From Patescibacteria group bacterium (GTDB taxonomy: Bacteria; Patescibacteriota; Microgenomatia; UBA1400; UBA12028), in the NCBI GenBank assembly GCA_035479015.1, contig DATIJC010000020.1:4365-68364 (forward strand): a stretch of 64,000 nt of DNA. The letters run 5' to 3'. The notes beneath the pieces were generated by a model. The model did not search any database and had not been told where the DNA came from. It saw only the letters and a list, made by a program, of their open reading frames with translations. The translations under genes and the position numbers were made by a program. Positions 8,958-20,187 of this stretch are shown here, in pieces (within the stretch, counting starts at the first letter, position 1; every line of letters starts with the position of its first letter).

Positions 8958-9317
8958 ATGAATACAGTTTCTCTTGGGCCCGATAACATCATCATGGCGG
9001 CGTATGTCGGTGACCAAACGGAAGATACCATCACCCAAACGTGGAAAGAGACCATCCCAATGGTCAAAGAGTTGCGGGACAAAGGTCTACCCATAAAAGT
9101 TATTCTCGATCTCTCGAAACTTACAGGTCAAAATTCCAGCGCCAGAAGAGCTGCCAGAGATGTGCTGTTGCAGTTAGCTCCAGACAAAATGGCAGTGATC
9201 GGCGCCAATACCTTCATCCGCTACCTTGCAGGATTTATCTTTAAAGCCACCAATATGGAGAAAAATATTAAACAATTTCCTGAAATGAAGGATGCAGCGG
9301 CATGGATAAACTCATAG
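8958..9317 (+). CDS. STAS-like (anti-sigma-antagonist fold) small protein, translationally coupled to the kinase
   Basis: VILDLSKLTGQNSSARRAARDVLLQL fits the STAS pattern loosely. It overlaps the downstream kinase gene by 16 nt. Confidence 0.4.
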   Translation: MNTVSLGPDNIIMAAYVGDQTEDTITQTWKETIPMVKELRDKGLPIKVILDLSKLTGQNSSARRAARDVLLQLAPDKMAVIGANTFIRYLAGFIFKATNMEKNIKQFPEMKDAAAWINS

Positions 9318-10567
9318 AACTGTTAAACCCAATTTTTGCCGATGCTACGGTCGGTGAATTTACCAAGGACGTGGATCTTTCCCAAGTGGAGCCGCAATAT
9401 TTAGAGCTCTGTTCTGGAATACAAATCATCATTGACGTGATCCGGGAAAAAATAGCAGATCTTGAGCGTCTTAATTCTGAATTGCTTCAGGAAAGTGTGG
9501 AGCGGCAAGCAATACTTGATAGCATTGGTGAAGGCGTAGCCGTACTCAATGAACATGGTATTGTGTTATTTTTAAACCCTGTTGGTCAGCAGATTTTGGG
9601 TTGGAGTGCCAGTGAGATCGAAGGAAAGCCATGGGTCACTACAGTACCGCTTGAATATGAAAATGGTACGGAGATAGACACAAGCAAACGTCCGTTTGAA
9701 AGTTTTACCTATAGCCAAGAAGCAGACAATTTGGCACAAGCTCTCTACTATCGGCGCAAAAATAAATCTCGCGTACCCATTCAAACAACAGTTTCTCCAG
9801 TGCTCTCTAATGGGCAAAATCACGGAACGATCATCGTCTTTAGAGACGTCTCAAAAGAATGGGAGATAGAAAAACTAAAAGAGGAATTTCTCTCGATTGC
9901 AGCACATCAATTGCGAGGACCCCTGGCTACCATGCGCTGGACAACGGAGACTCTGCTCTCCACCTATGCATCACTTCTTGACCCCGTGGTACGGGAGAAA
10001 ATTGAGTGGGTATACCACAACAACCAAGATCTCATAGGCCTCGTCAACGATATCTTAAGCATCACCAGACTCTCTAAAGGCACCATAAGCGAAGAAGCAA
10101 TTCCGACAAATGTGCGGTTACTCATAACGAAAGAAATCGATGATCTTTCACATCAAATTAAAAAGAAACATATGAATATCGATCTGCGAACTGACCAAAT
10201 CATCAGCGATGGAAAGTTTGCGCTTGATCCAAACCATTTTAAACAGGTACTGCGTAACATCATTGATAATGCGATAAAGTACGGTTTTAAAGATTCAACC
10301 ATTCAAATTTCTGCAACTTTTGACGGCTCAGGGATAACTATAGTAGTATCTGATCAAGGCATGGGAATTGCACCTAAAGAGAAAACCATGGTTTTTCACC
10401 GGTTCTTTCGTGGTAGCAATGTCATTCATTCTGGGATTAGTGGTACAGGATTGGGGCTCTATGTTGTGAAACAGTACATCGATCTGTGGAAAGGCAGCGT
10501 CAATGTGGAAAGCACGCTGAATAAAGGAACAAGCGTCACCATTCATTTACCCATACATCCGTTATAA
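9302..10567 (+). CDS. sensor histidine kinase with PAS domain (cytoplasmic)
   Basis: PAS block ILDSIGEGVAVLNEHGIVLFLNPVGQQILGW. H-box AAHQLRGPL. N, G1 and G2 boxes IIDNAIKYG, DQGMGI, GTGLGLYVV. Confidence 0.85.
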   Translation: MDKLIELLNPIFADATVGEFTKDVDLSQVEPQYLELCSGIQIIIDVIREKIADLERLNSELLQESVERQAILDSIGEGVAVLNEHGIVLFLNPVGQQILGWSASEIEGKPWVTTVPLEYENGTEIDTSKRPFESFTYSQEADNLAQALYYRRKNKSRVPIQTTVSPVLSNGQNHGTIIVFRDVSKEWEIEKLKEEFLSIAAHQLRGPLATMRWTTETLLSTYASLLDPVVREKIEWVYHNNQDLIGLVNDILSITRLSKGTISEEAIPTNVRLLITKEIDDLSHQIKKKHMNIDLRTDQIISDGKFALDPNHFKQVLRNIIDNAIKYGFKDSTIQISATFDGSGITIVVSDQGMGIAPKEKTMVFHRFFRGSNVIHSGISGTGLGLYVVKQYIDLWKGSVNVESTLNKGTSVTIHLPIHPL

Positions 10568-10575
10568 GGAGGATT

Positions 10576-10941
10576 ATGCAAACAATTCTGATCGTGGAAG
10601 ATGATACACAGACACAGGGGTTATACAAGGAAGCGCTGACACAAGCGGGGTTTGAGACGACAGTTGCTGGCAATATCGCTCAAGCACGGACGATGGTGAA
10701 TGAAAAACCGCCAGATTTAGTGCTTCTGGATATTATGATGCCGGGTGGTGAAAACGGATTTGATTTCCTGGAAACATTACAGAAAGATCCCCACTTCAAA
10801 ACAATACCGGTCATCGTTCTTACAAATCTAGACAGTGAGGAAAAAACCGCAAAAGAGATAGGAGCAAAAGAGTATCTGATTAAGACAAACGTCTCAATAA
10901 ATGAGATTATTGCTGCGGTGAAGCGACATCTAGCTTCTTGA
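10576..10941 (+). CDS. single-domain response regulator (receiver only)
   Basis: ILIVEDD...LVLLDIMMPGGENG...IPVIVLTN...K. Confidence 0.85.
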   Translation: MQTILIVEDDTQTQGLYKEALTQAGFETTVAGNIAQARTMVNEKPPDLVLLDIMMPGGENGFDFLETLQKDPHFKTIPVIVLTNLDSEEKTAKEIGAKEYLIKTNVSINEIIAAVKRHLAS

Positions 10942-11248
10942 TCTTCATGGCATTCTTGCCGGCGCGGCCGCGCATGTAGTACAGTTTGCCACGGCGAACG
11001 TCACCCTTGGTAACTATCGCCAGATCAGCAATAGCCGGACCATCCAGAGGGAGGATGCGTTCGACACCTACACCAGAAGCAATTTTGCGCAGTGTGATGG
11101 CCTTACCGCTCTCACGATTGGAGACGGCGATGACTATGCCCTCGAATGCCTGTTGGCGGGTTTTCTCGCCTTCAGTCACGTTGAGCATCGCCTTAACAGT
11201 GTCTCCCACGGAGTATTCGACGTTTTTATATGTAAAGTACTTGGCCAT
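10907..11248 (-). CDS. rplS: 50S ribosomal protein L19
   Basis: GDTVKAML...QAFEGIVIAVSNR...KLYYMRGRAGK matches L19. Confidence 0.9.
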   Translation of the reverse strand: MAKYFTYKNVEYSVGDTVKAMLNVTEGEKTRQQAFEGIVIAVSNRESGKAITLRKIASGVGVERILPLDGPAIADLAIVTKGDVRRGKLYYMRGRAGKNAMKIKKLDVASPQQ

Positions 11249-11271
11249 AGAGAGGGTATTTTATCACATTC

Positions 11272-11367
11272 ATGTCATTCCTGCGAAGGCAGGAATCCAT
11301 GCAACAAAGAAAATACAAAAATGAGTTATTTATTGACTGGATCCCTGTCTACACAGGGATGACAGAC
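11272..11367. repeat. two-hairpin TGTCAT...ATGACA element, copy 2 (attcctgc-GAAG-gcaggaat at 11277-11296; 37-nt spacer; tccctgt-CTAC-acaggga at 11341-11358)
   Basis: Left hairpin is 25/26 identical to copy 1. The spacer is about 70 percent identical. The right hairpin stem differs from copy 1 by fully compensatory changes. The CTA of the loop is the stop codon of the upstream phosphoribosyltransferase gene (read as TAG on the minus strand). Confidence 0.65.
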
Positions 11368-11927
11368 TTATACCCCAACTTGGCTAGGTTCTCTACAATT
11401 TGAATTTTTGTATCTCCCTTTTTCCCCCAAATATCGGACAAAAGAGTGGTAGTCTCCCTGGTTTCCCAGGGCCAGATTATCCATGCCTTGGATGTGTGGG
11501 AGTAAAAGTCAGGAATGACTTTGGTCCAAGGTTTAATGACTAGGGTCGCCGTCTGAACCTCACTGGCTCCATGAAAGCCCAGATAAGATCTGGCCATGGC
11601 TAGGGTTTCTCCGCTATCGGCAATATCATCAATGATGAGCACTTTCTCTCCGCGGATTGAGATTGGCAGGGACTGGGTGATGACAGGAGTACGGTTGGTC
11701 GTAGCGATCCCAGAGTAAAATTCGATTTGAATCGAACTTAGTTCTTTCATGCCAAGCAGGTCTAGTATGGGTCTGGCTATCGTCGTACCGCCCTTGGCTA
11801 GTGCTATCACACGGTCAAAACTCTCCTTCTTGTCGATTATTTTTACTGCAAGTGTCTCTACACCTTGGCCAAAATCTTCCCAAGAGAATACTTCGTAAGT
11901 TTGATCGTGGATGAGGCTTCTGATCAT
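11349..11927 (-). CDS. purine phosphoribosyltransferase (Gpt/Hpt-like)
   Basis: PRPP loop VLIIDDIADSGETL. The C-terminal block WIIWPWE resembles Gpt WIEQPWD. The last 3 codons are supplied by repeat copy 2. Confidence 0.7.
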   Translation of the reverse strand: MIRSLIHDQTYEVFSWEDFGQGVETLAVKIIDKKESFDRVIALAKGGTTIARPILDLLGMKELSSIQIEFYSGIATTNRTPVITQSLPISIRGEKVLIIDDIADSGETLAMARSYLGFHGASEVQTATLVIKPWTKVIPDFYSHTSKAWIIWPWETRETTTLLSDIWGKKGDTKIQIVENLAKLGYKSVIPV

Positions 11928-13606
11928 TTTCTACATGCCTCTAGGAATGCTAAAAAGATTGCATGGGGTTTGAGGGGGGTCGATTTATACTCAGGGTGGC
12001 CTTGCGTACCTACAAAGAACGGATGCACATTTTTTGGCAACTCTATCAATTCGACTAGATTTTCCTTGACGCTCCGTCCAGAGATGATGACGCCCGCTTG
12101 TTCAAATTGGGGTACGTATGCATCATTAACCTCATATCTATGGCGGTGCCGCTCAGCAGTTAACCCTTTTTTCTCGTCCACCATTTGGTCATACTTTTTG
12201 TAAATTTCAAAAAGCCGCGTACCCGGCTTGACTATGCACTCCCATGTTCCCAGTCGCATAGTTCCACCATATGCCCGGTTTTCCAAAATCCGTTTTTGTT
12301 CTGGAATCATATGAATGACTAAATCAGTAGTTTTTGGATCCACCTCCTGTGTGTGGGCATCCTTGATATTCAACACATTTCGCGCAAATTCCACCATAGC
12401 TAGCTGCATGCCATAGCAAAGACCTAAGTAGGGAATTTTCGCTTCACGGGCATACTGGATACTGCGGATCTTGCCCTCTACGCCGCGTGTGCCCCAACCG
12501 ATCGGTACAATTAAGCCATCCAGGTGTCCAAAGAATGTTGCTAGATCTTTGTTAGAAAGTTTGGAATTATCCTTTTGCAGTTTTTCAATTTTCGAAGCAT
12601 CCACCCAAACAATCTCCGTCTCAGTGTCTTTTGCGTCACTAGCATGATGCAGTGCATCGATAAGCGCAGCGTAGGAATCTTTGAGTTGGTATTCACCTGT
12701 TGCCAGGTACTTGCCGACGATCGCTATGCGGGCGGTGTGTTTTTTCTTCCGCCGCGCAATTTTTACCATATTTTCCCAAGCTTCAAGCCTGAGAGTTTTT
12801 TTGGGTAAAGATAAGTCATCTAAAATCAATTCATCAAAGTGCTGCTCCCGAAACAGGAGTGGGATCTCATATATGTTGGCTACATCCGGGCTCTCAATAA
12901 TATGGTCACTCTGTACATTACAAAACAGCGCAAATCTGTCACGGCGGCGCTGATCCATTCGCTGATCGGCACGTGCCACGATAAAATCGGGCTGGATGCC
13001 TAGGGAATTGAGTGTCTGCACTGAAAGTTGAGTCGGTTTGGTTTTGGGTTCGCCGATGTGAGCTGGCGTCGGTAAATAACTGACATGGATATGGATGACT
13101 TGTTGCTTGTGCGTCAGCCGCAAGACGCGGGCAGTCTCATAGTACAAAATGTTGAGGTACTCCCCCGCCGTACCGCCCAATTCAACTATCACAATTTCGG
13201 CGTTATCTTTTTTGGCTGCAGCATTGATGCGTCCAATGATCTCATCACAAATATGGGGCACTTCCACATCCTCTCCGTCATACCCGAAGGCACGTTCACG
13301 ATCGATGACAGCTTTATAGATCTGACCCATGGTCACGAAATTACTCTTTCCCATCTCTTGACCGAGGAACTTTTCATAGGTCCCGAGGTCCATGTCGGAT
13401 TCGGTGCCATCTTCACACAAAAATGGATCGCCATGTTCAATGGGGTTTATGAGTCCGGAATCAATATTGAGATAGTTTTCACACTTTACGATGGTCACCC
13501 GATAACCACGGGACTTGAGGAGCAGAGCGATAGAGCCAGTAACGATTCCCTTACCAAGGGAAGAAAGCACACCTCCGGAAACAAAGATGTATTTTACTTG
13601 GGGCAT
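11924..13606 (-). CDS. pyrG: CTP synthase
   Basis: N-terminus KYIFVSGGVLSSLGKG, a DPY-like block, and the GATase triad region GLCYGMQ. Confidence 0.95.
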   Translation of the reverse strand: MPQVKYIFVSGGVLSSLGKGIVTGSIALLLKSRGYRVTIVKCENYLNIDSGLINPIEHGDPFLCEDGTESDMDLGTYEKFLGQEMGKSNFVTMGQIYKAVIDRERAFGYDGEDVEVPHICDEIIGRINAAAKKDNAEIVIVELGGTAGEYLNILYYETARVLRLTHKQQVIHIHVSYLPTPAHIGEPKTKPTQLSVQTLNSLGIQPDFIVARADQRMDQRRRDRFALFCNVQSDHIIESPDVANIYEIPLLFREQHFDELILDDLSLPKKTLRLEAWENMVKIARRKKKHTARIAIVGKYLATGEYQLKDSYAALIDALHHASDAKDTETEIVWVDASKIEKLQKDNSKLSNKDLATFFGHLDGLIVPIGWGTRGVEGKIRSIQYAREAKIPYLGLCYGMQLAMVEFARNVLNIKDAHTQEVDPKTTDLVIHMIPEQKRILENRAYGGTMRLGTWECIVKPGTRLFEIYKKYDQMVDEKKGLTAERHRHRYEVNDAYVPQFEQAGVIISGRSVKENLVELIELPKNVHPFFVGTQGHPEYKSTPLKPHAIFLAFLEACRK

Positions 13607-13612
13607 AGGTAA

Positions 13613-16600
13613 TTATACCAATGCTTCGGCCAAAATGCCAGATACCTCATTTTGCGTCTGCTCGTCCCAAGTGATGGTATAGGGCAGGCGCATCGACGTA
13701 TGTGATTCGCCATTGGGGATAAGCACGGTCAATTCATCTTCGCCTGGCCGAGTCTTTAGATATCTTCCGATCTCCTGCAACTTCTCTTTGGGAGTGCCAC
13801 GCGGAATGACAAGCGTGTTGGTTGGCTTATTTGATTCTTGTGGATTAACCGCTTCTGGCTCACGGACTTTATCTACCTGGAGAGAAAATTTTCCCTCACG
13901 AAGTGCTAGCTTGCCCTTCATGATCACTACTTTGTCTACGCCAAGGAAGTCTTTATACACTGTGTAACTTCTTGGAAATATGACAAAGTCAATTGTGCCT
14001 GTGCCATCATCAAGAGTGCCAAAACACATCTCTTCTTGTTTCTGCTTGGTGAGCACTTGCCGCTGAGTCGCTATGAACCCACCCAGAGATACTACCGCCC
14101 CCTCATGCAACTGCTCATCCAAATTTTTGATTTGATGCGTAGACAGTTTGGATACTTCATCCAAGGCATCTGCCATAGGATGCCTGGTGAGATAAAAACC
14201 AAACAACTCTTTTTCAAACGATAACAGTTCTGCCTGAGGGTACTCTTCAATGTTCCGGAACGTATCTTTAGTTTCATGCGCTTGGGCATGTGCTTCACCA
14301 GTAAATAGGCCATCTTGACCCTCAATTGTGTCAGCAACTACGCCTATGCCGCTGCGGATTTCTTCCAACTGCTCCAATATTGATGCCCGTGTGCAAAACG
14401 AATCAAAAGCTCCAATTTTTGCTAAACTCTCCAGCACCTTTTTATTTACTTTTCTCGCATCAGTTCTGCGCAAAAAATCAGTAAATGATGCAAAGGGTCC
14501 ATTTTCCCTAGCAGCTTGAATACTTTCAATTGCAGCTGACCCTACATTTTTGACTGCACCTAAACCAAAGCGTATTGAACTTTCTTCGATACTGAAATCA
14601 TCGCTGGATTTATTAATATCGGGCGGTAGTACTGTGATCCCAAGACGTCTGCACTCACTGATTGCTTGTGAGACCTTCTCTTCCCGATTTGCGCCCATTG
14701 AGTGGCTCTCTACGGAGAGCAGTGCGCACATATACTCAGCAGGGTAGTTGGTCTTCATGTACGCGGTTTGGTAGGCAATCATGGCATAGCCTGCGCTATG
14801 TGCACGGCCAAAACCGTAGCCAGCAAATTTCTCAATAAATCCCCATACCTTCTCGATCGTCTTTTCGTCGTATCCTTTGGCTTTAGCGCCCTTTTTAAAT
14901 TTTTCCTTCTCTACCATCATGATCTCAGTTTTTTTCTTTCCAATGGCACGGCGTAATTCATCCGCTTGGCCCATACTAAAACCTGCCATGACGTTAGCAA
15001 CCTGCAAACACTGCTCTTGGTACAAGAGAACACCGTATGTATCTTTCAGCACCGGCTCCAAATCAATATGTGGGTACTTGATACTCTTGGGATTATTTTT
15101 ACTAGCTACGAAATCATCAATCAGCGCCATAGGACCAGGTCGGTACAGCGCCACCATAGCTGCCAGGTCAGAGAAAACACTGGGCTTGAGTGATCGTGCG
15201 AGTTTTCGCATACCGCCTGATTCCATTTGAAACACACCTGTCGTCTCGCCGCTGGCAATCATTGCATAGACCTTTTTATCATCGATAGGAATACGGGCCA
15301 AGTCCACCACTTCGTCGCGTGTTTCTTTCACTACTCGGATTGATTCTTCTAGGATAGAAAGATTTCGGAGGCCTAAAAAGTCCATCTTCAGTAGTCCGAT
15401 AGCATCAGATGAAACGTTGAGATCCAATACTTTCATGTCATATTGTGTAATAGTCTTACCCGACTTGCTATCTCTTTGAATTGGCGTGTACTCCATGAGT
15501 GGCTTATCGGCAATAATCACACCCGCGGCGTGCACACTTGTGTGCCGTGCGCTGCCTTCCACCTTCATCGCTAGATCGAGGAGCTCTTTGTACTTGGGCT
15601 GCTGATAGTAGATACCGAGTTCAGCCACGCTTGCCAGCGCATCCTTGATATGCACCACATGTCCTTGTACTGGCTCCGGAATAAGTTTGGCCACATGATC
15701 GACTTCCGTATATGACATGCCAAGCACTCTACCGACATCGCGAACAGCGGCCTTGCTCTCCATTCGCCCAAATGTAATGATCTGACCCACTTTGTCCGCT
15801 CCGTATTTTGCCGTCACATAGGCGATCACTTCATCACGGCGCCTATCTGCAAAATCAATATCGATATCAGGGGTGGATTCACGCTCCGGATTCATGAAAC
15901 GCTCAAATGGCAGCGCGTGAACAAGTGGATCAATTGTCGTGATATTTAATGCAAATGAGAGCAGAGATCCGGCGGCAGATCCACGGCCCGGGCCCACGAA
16001 TATGCCTTGAGATTTTGACCAGTTCACAAAATCCTGCACAATCAAAAAGTACGTGAGGTAGCCTTTATCCTCAATCACTTTCATTTCATATTGGAGCCTC
16101 GCCGCCGCTGAAGCGGGATCAAAAATATTGTTAGGATTAGCAGTCGCTTTCTTCTTTTCAAATTCTTTTACGCCGGGATAGATTGAATCCAATCGCTCAA
16201 ACGCAAGCTTGGCGACATAAGATGACACAGTTTCCCCTTCCGGAATATCAAATTTTGGGAAAATCACCCTGCCCAATGGGATTTGCAAATCACACTTATT
16301 GGCAATTTTTACAGTATTCTCTAGAGCGTCCGGGTACTGTCCAAACTCTGCTTCCATTTCTTTGATGGTTTTGAGGTAAAAATCATTGGCTCCCATTTTC
16401 ATGCGATCTGTATCTGAAATAAGCTTACGTGTTTGAATACACAAAAGTGCGTCTTGTGCCCGCGCATCGTCTGGTGAAATGTAGTGAACATCGTTGGTAG
16501 CGACTAAGGGTATTCCTAGTTCTCTGGACAACTTCACCATCTCTTCACGCATGTTTTCAACTTCTAGGATCTCCGGATGTGACTGTATCTCGATATAAAA

Positions 16601-17107
16601 ATCACCTTCAAAAAGTTCATAGTATTTTCTCAGTTCTGCTTTTGCTTCATCGCGCTGATTATTCATGATGAGCTTGCTAAAGCGGCTAGCGAGACACCCA
16701 CTGGTAGCGATAATTCCCTCATGGTGTTTTTTAAGCAGATCAAAATCAAAACGGGGTTTATAGGAAAATCCATCCAAGTGTGCAAATGAGGTGAGCTTCA
16801 TGAGGTTTTGGTACCCAGTAAAATTTTTAGCGAGCAATAATATGTGAAATTGGTCGGCGCCCATTTTCGCTTGCTTCTCTCGCATGTCACCAGCTGACAT
16901 GTAGCCTTCCATACCGACGATGGGTTTCATTTCCTTGGCGCGAAGCTTGTTATAGAAGTGAACCGCACCGTGCATGACACCGTGATCGGTTATAGCCAAC
17001 GCATCCTGGCCGTCATCATGTGCGCGTGTTGCTAATTCTGGGATTTTTGACAGCCCATCTAGGAGTGAAAACTCTGTATGGACGTGCAGATGGACAAAAG
17101 AAGACAT
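13613..17107 (-). CDS. dnaE: DNA polymerase III alpha subunit
   Basis: PHP domain HLHVHTEFSLLDG, palm/fingers conserved blocks, 1164 aa. Confidence 0.95.
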   Translation of the reverse strand: MSSFVHLHVHTEFSLLDGLSKIPELATRAHDDGQDALAITDHGVMHGAVHFYNKLRAKEMKPIVGMEGYMSAGDMREKQAKMGADQFHILLLAKNFTGYQNLMKLTSFAHLDGFSYKPRFDFDLLKKHHEGIIATSGCLASRFSKLIMNNQRDEAKAELRKYYELFEGDFYIEIQSHPEILEVENMREEMVKLSRELGIPLVATNDVHYISPDDARAQDALLCIQTRKLISDTDRMKMGANDFYLKTIKEMEAEFGQYPDALENTVKIANKCDLQIPLGRVIFPKFDIPEGETVSSYVAKLAFERLDSIYPGVKEFEKKKATANPNNIFDPASAAARLQYEMKVIEDKGYLTYFLIVQDFVNWSKSQGIFVGPGRGSAAGSLLSFALNITTIDPLVHALPFERFMNPERESTPDIDIDFADRRRDEVIAYVTAKYGADKVGQIITFGRMESKAAVRDVGRVLGMSYTEVDHVAKLIPEPVQGHVVHIKDALASVAELGIYYQQPKYKELLDLAMKVEGSARHTSVHAAGVIIADKPLMEYTPIQRDSKSGKTITQYDMKVLDLNVSSDAIGLLKMDFLGLRNLSILEESIRVVKETRDEVVDLARIPIDDKKVYAMIASGETTGVFQMESGGMRKLARSLKPSVFSDLAAMVALYRPGPMALIDDFVASKNNPKSIKYPHIDLEPVLKDTYGVLLYQEQCLQVANVMAGFSMGQADELRRAIGKKKTEIMMVEKEKFKKGAKAKGYDEKTIEKVWGFIEKFAGYGFGRAHSAGYAMIAYQTAYMKTNYPAEYMCALLSVESHSMGANREEKVSQAISECRRLGITVLPPDINKSSDDFSIEESSIRFGLGAVKNVGSAAIESIQAARENGPFASFTDFLRRTDARKVNKKVLESLAKIGAFDSFCTRASILEQLEEIRSGIGVVADTIEGQDGLFTGEAHAQAHETKDTFRNIEEYPQAELLSFEKELFGFYLTRHPMADALDEVSKLSTHQIKNLDEQLHEGAVVSLGGFIATQRQVLTKQKQEEMCFGTLDDGTGTIDFVIFPRSYTVYKDFLGVDKVVIMKGKLALREGKFSLQVDKVREPEAVNPQESNKPTNTLVIPRGTPKEKLQEIGRYLKTRPGEDELTVLIPNGESHTSMRLPYTITWDEQTQNEVSGILAEALV

Positions 17108-17145
17108 GGGGATATCCTACGGCAAAACTTGAGAAAGATGAAGAG

Positions 17146-20100
17146 TTAGAGTGTTGCAAGTACGTAATCCTTCAAACCCTCATCTGAAACACTATTATAG
17201 AGCGCCAGCTTAATTGAAAATTTTTCACCAGGGTGGTTCTGCAACCAAAGGTTTGCTGCACTATCAACATCCACCTCATTTTTTATTCCATTTTTGAATT
17301 CAGTTTTGATCCAGGTTTCTGGAGTTATATCTTCATTTTCAAGACTTTCTTCCTCTGGGGTTAATTCTTCAGTCGCTTCTGTTTGAGGAGTAACACGCGG
17401 CATTACAATAGTTGGTTGACTCACCTCACGCAAAACTTGCGTCGTGCTCTTTCCTTCGAAGGGAGGCATATGAAAGAACATTTTTACTTTATTCACTTCG
17501 GCATTATGCCGGATATCGTTGGGATCTACAGCTGGTACTCTCCATCCGATTGCTTGTTCAGGAAATTGAAAAGCCTCACTAGCCTGGCTCTCATACACCG
17601 AATAAACCTCTGCAACCATCTCAGCTCTATTTGACTCAATTTTCCCTACATTTTCGATCAAGCGTGCTAAGTATCTAGGGGTATCAAGTAGTTCGGCAAC
17701 AATCTTTGGTGAAACTTTCTTCTCTAATACAAGTTGAGCTATTACTTCTCTCAGTTTTTCCAGGGTATTTTTGAAATCGTCTTCTTGAAGCTTTCTATTA
17801 ACTTTGACACCTTCTGACATTGCATTAACTGATTCCATTATTTGCTCAGGCCAACTAGAATTTGCCACAAAAAGTGGCATGGTAAAAACTTTTTCAATCT
17901 TACTAAGTACTTCCGACGAATCACCGCTCACCCCTTCCCCGAAGACCTGTATCGCATACTGGAGCGCTTCCGCTGGTGTTACTTCGACATCTTCTGGAAT
18001 TAGACTGAGTGCACGTTCAAACTCCGGCTTATAACTTTCGTTGGATATGTTGAGATCAACTTGTTTCAACCGTACCACGTTGGCCTCAAAAGTTTCTTTT
18101 AATTCGTTGTCTTTTTCAGATTTCTTTTTCTTGTCTCCAATATGCCTAGCTTGATCCTGTGCGTATGAAACAGCTGACTCAATGGCGCTATAGAAATCGC
18201 TCAGAGGACTATTGAATAGTAAGCTCTCTTGTCCTTCAGGTATCCTTCCCTGTCCCATTGCCACTAAAAATAAACTTTGAGGATTATTGACAAGCAATAA
18301 ACTAGACAATAAGCGTTGAGACCGCTCTTTGGATGTCTGCATATTCGCACGTGTCTTTTTAATCCTATTAAGTTCTTTTCTTTGTTCTCTGACTTTATCC
18401 TTCTTATCACTTTCTTTATTTTTGGACAACCATGTTTCAATCTTAGTGATCTCTCCTGTCAATCTTTGCACATCTTGTAAGTCGTCACTAAGTGACATTT
18501 CAATCAGTAATTGTGACGCTTCAACTGCTTCCGCTATGTCCTCAAGCACATGGTTCACAACTTCATTAAATTCATCCTCCTTAGCAATTGCGTCCAAGAG
18601 CTTCGAGTATTGCTTCCTGCGCAGTTCTAACAACCTATCTGATAACTGTGATGTATATGTAGTTTTGGGATATGCTGCTTGATCAATTAAGTCGAATAAC
18701 GCCTGATGTATTGAGTCCAAATCGTATGTTTTACCCCAGAGTAAGATTTTTCGTCCTCTGTCAGTCAGGCTTTCAGGCATTCCTGCAAGGAACATCTCGT
18801 TCTCTTGTTCGGATAATGGATGATTTTGAATTTGAACCACCTCTGTAAAGAATGCGACTGAGTATGTTTCAACCATTGCGTTATCAAGATAACCCTCTAG
18901 TGCGCTTAGGTAATGCAGAAGTTCTACAGTGCGGCTGCCTAAACTCTCCAGTATCCTTTCGGCAGGAAGCCCAAGATGCTCTAAAATGTTGCTGATCCGT
19001 ACTAATGCTTGGTCGGAATGGCCTTCAAGTTGGTTCGCTGCAAGTAGCTGTTGAATATCCTGGTGCAATATCTCATAGCTCTGTATCTGCAAACGGGCTC
19101 GGTCCGAAGCGTCGATTCGCTTTTTCTTGGTATTATTCTTTCTTGCATCAGTTTCCAACCTTTTCTCTTCAGTGACTAATAGTTCCTGGTAACCTTGCTG
19201 TAATTTTTTTACAAAAAGCACCTGGACATAGTTTTCAGGATAGCAGATGAACTCTTGGCAACGCTCTTCAACTAACCGCTCCTTTGTTGCCCGTTTTTCT
19301 TCGCGGGTTTGTCGGCGCTGTTCTCGAGCTGCTTGTTCTTGCGATACTAAATGGACATATTCTTCTGTAGATCCTCCCTCAGCGTGCATCACCCAAAACT
19401 TTCCAGGTACGTCTGTCGGCGCGTAGCGTGATCCTTCGTCGGCGAAAATTGAAGTGAACTCGGCAGTGGTCAAAGATTCAATGAGGTCGTCATTGCTCGC
19501 CCCAGGTTGAAAATTGTAACGGTCAATGCGCGCCGCACCATCAAATTCAGGGGTTTCAAAAAGCTTAGCTAGAGGCTGACCAGGTATATCCGCTTCCGCA
19601 GCCTCTGGTTCCGTTATTTCTTCTACCTCACTATCTGTCACATCATCTTCGGGCTCAACATGATTTCCCTGTTCAGCGGGAAGTTCAATAATTTGTCCGA
19701 ATATTCCCTCTCTACCACGCCAAGAATGTATAACATCAATTATTCTTGGATCAGAATTGACTTCCAAACGAGCGTCGGGCTCATTTTCCTCAACAAACGC
19801 ATACAGAGAATCTAAGTTCCCCAAGATCTCAGACATTGTTCCATGCTTAAAAACAAGTTGCATTCCATCGTCCAAACTTTTCTGAAGAAAATCAAATGCC
19901 AGCTTCGTTTCCTCTCGTTTTAATCTATCTTGCTCAGAAAGTGCTGTGGCCTGCTCAGGCACTTTTGGAATAGGTGGTAGTCTCTCTTCTCTAACTCCCT
20001 CAAAATCACCAGGGTTAGCGCGTGTGTCGTATGGGCGTGAGGAGGCCTCTCCCCTATCCGGTAAAGGTTGGAGTGGGACCATTCTACTTTTCTTAGATTT

Positions 20101-20187
20101 GGACGGTAACTGTTCAACCCCCATACCTTGGTCCTTACTGGCCATGTAACTCCTTTTGGATCGATTCTTGCACTCTTTCTCTATCAA
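17146..20187 (-). CDS. large orphan protein (about 1000 aa), acidic with coiled-coil-rich stretches and no recognisable domain. The true start is probably a downstream Met (for example MASKDQ at 20145), which would avoid the 53-nt overlap with gatB.
   Basis: Uninterrupted 1013-codon frame. No Walker, HExxH or other motifs seen. Confidence 0.55.
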   Translation of the reverse strand: MIEKECKNRSKRSYMASKDQGMGVEQLPSKSKKSRMVPLQPLPDRGEASSRPYDTRANPGDFEGVREERLPPIPKVPEQATALSEQDRLKREETKLAFDFLQKSLDDGMQLVFKHGTMSEILGNLDSLYAFVEENEPDARLEVNSDPRIIDVIHSWRGREGIFGQIIELPAEQGNHVEPEDDVTDSEVEEITEPEAAEADIPGQPLAKLFETPEFDGAARIDRYNFQPGASNDDLIESLTTAEFTSIFADEGSRYAPTDVPGKFWVMHAEGGSTEEYVHLVSQEQAAREQRRQTREEKRATKERLVEERCQEFICYPENYVQVLFVKKLQQGYQELLVTEEKRLETDARKNNTKKKRIDASDRARLQIQSYEILHQDIQQLLAANQLEGHSDQALVRISNILEHLGLPAERILESLGSRTVELLHYLSALEGYLDNAMVETYSVAFFTEVVQIQNHPLSEQENEMFLAGMPESLTDRGRKILLWGKTYDLDSIHQALFDLIDQAAYPKTTYTSQLSDRLLELRRKQYSKLLDAIAKEDEFNEVVNHVLEDIAEAVEASQLLIEMSLSDDLQDVQRLTGEITKIETWLSKNKESDKKDKVREQRKELNRIKKTRANMQTSKERSQRLLSSLLLVNNPQSLFLVAMGQGRIPEGQESLLFNSPLSDFYSAIESAVSYAQDQARHIGDKKKKSEKDNELKETFEANVVRLKQVDLNISNESYKPEFERALSLIPEDVEVTPAEALQYAIQVFGEGVSGDSSEVLSKIEKVFTMPLFVANSSWPEQIMESVNAMSEGVKVNRKLQEDDFKNTLEKLREVIAQLVLEKKVSPKIVAELLDTPRYLARLIENVGKIESNRAEMVAEVYSVYESQASEAFQFPEQAIGWRVPAVDPNDIRHNAEVNKVKMFFHMPPFEGKSTTQVLREVSQPTIVMPRVTPQTEATEELTPEEESLENEDITPETWIKTEFKNGIKNEVDVDSAANLWLQNHPGEKFSIKLALYNSVSDEGLKDYVLATL

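Noticed and set aside
11865-12203. 112-aa plus-strand ORF spanning the prt and pyrG junction
   Set aside because: Antisense to two conserved genes.
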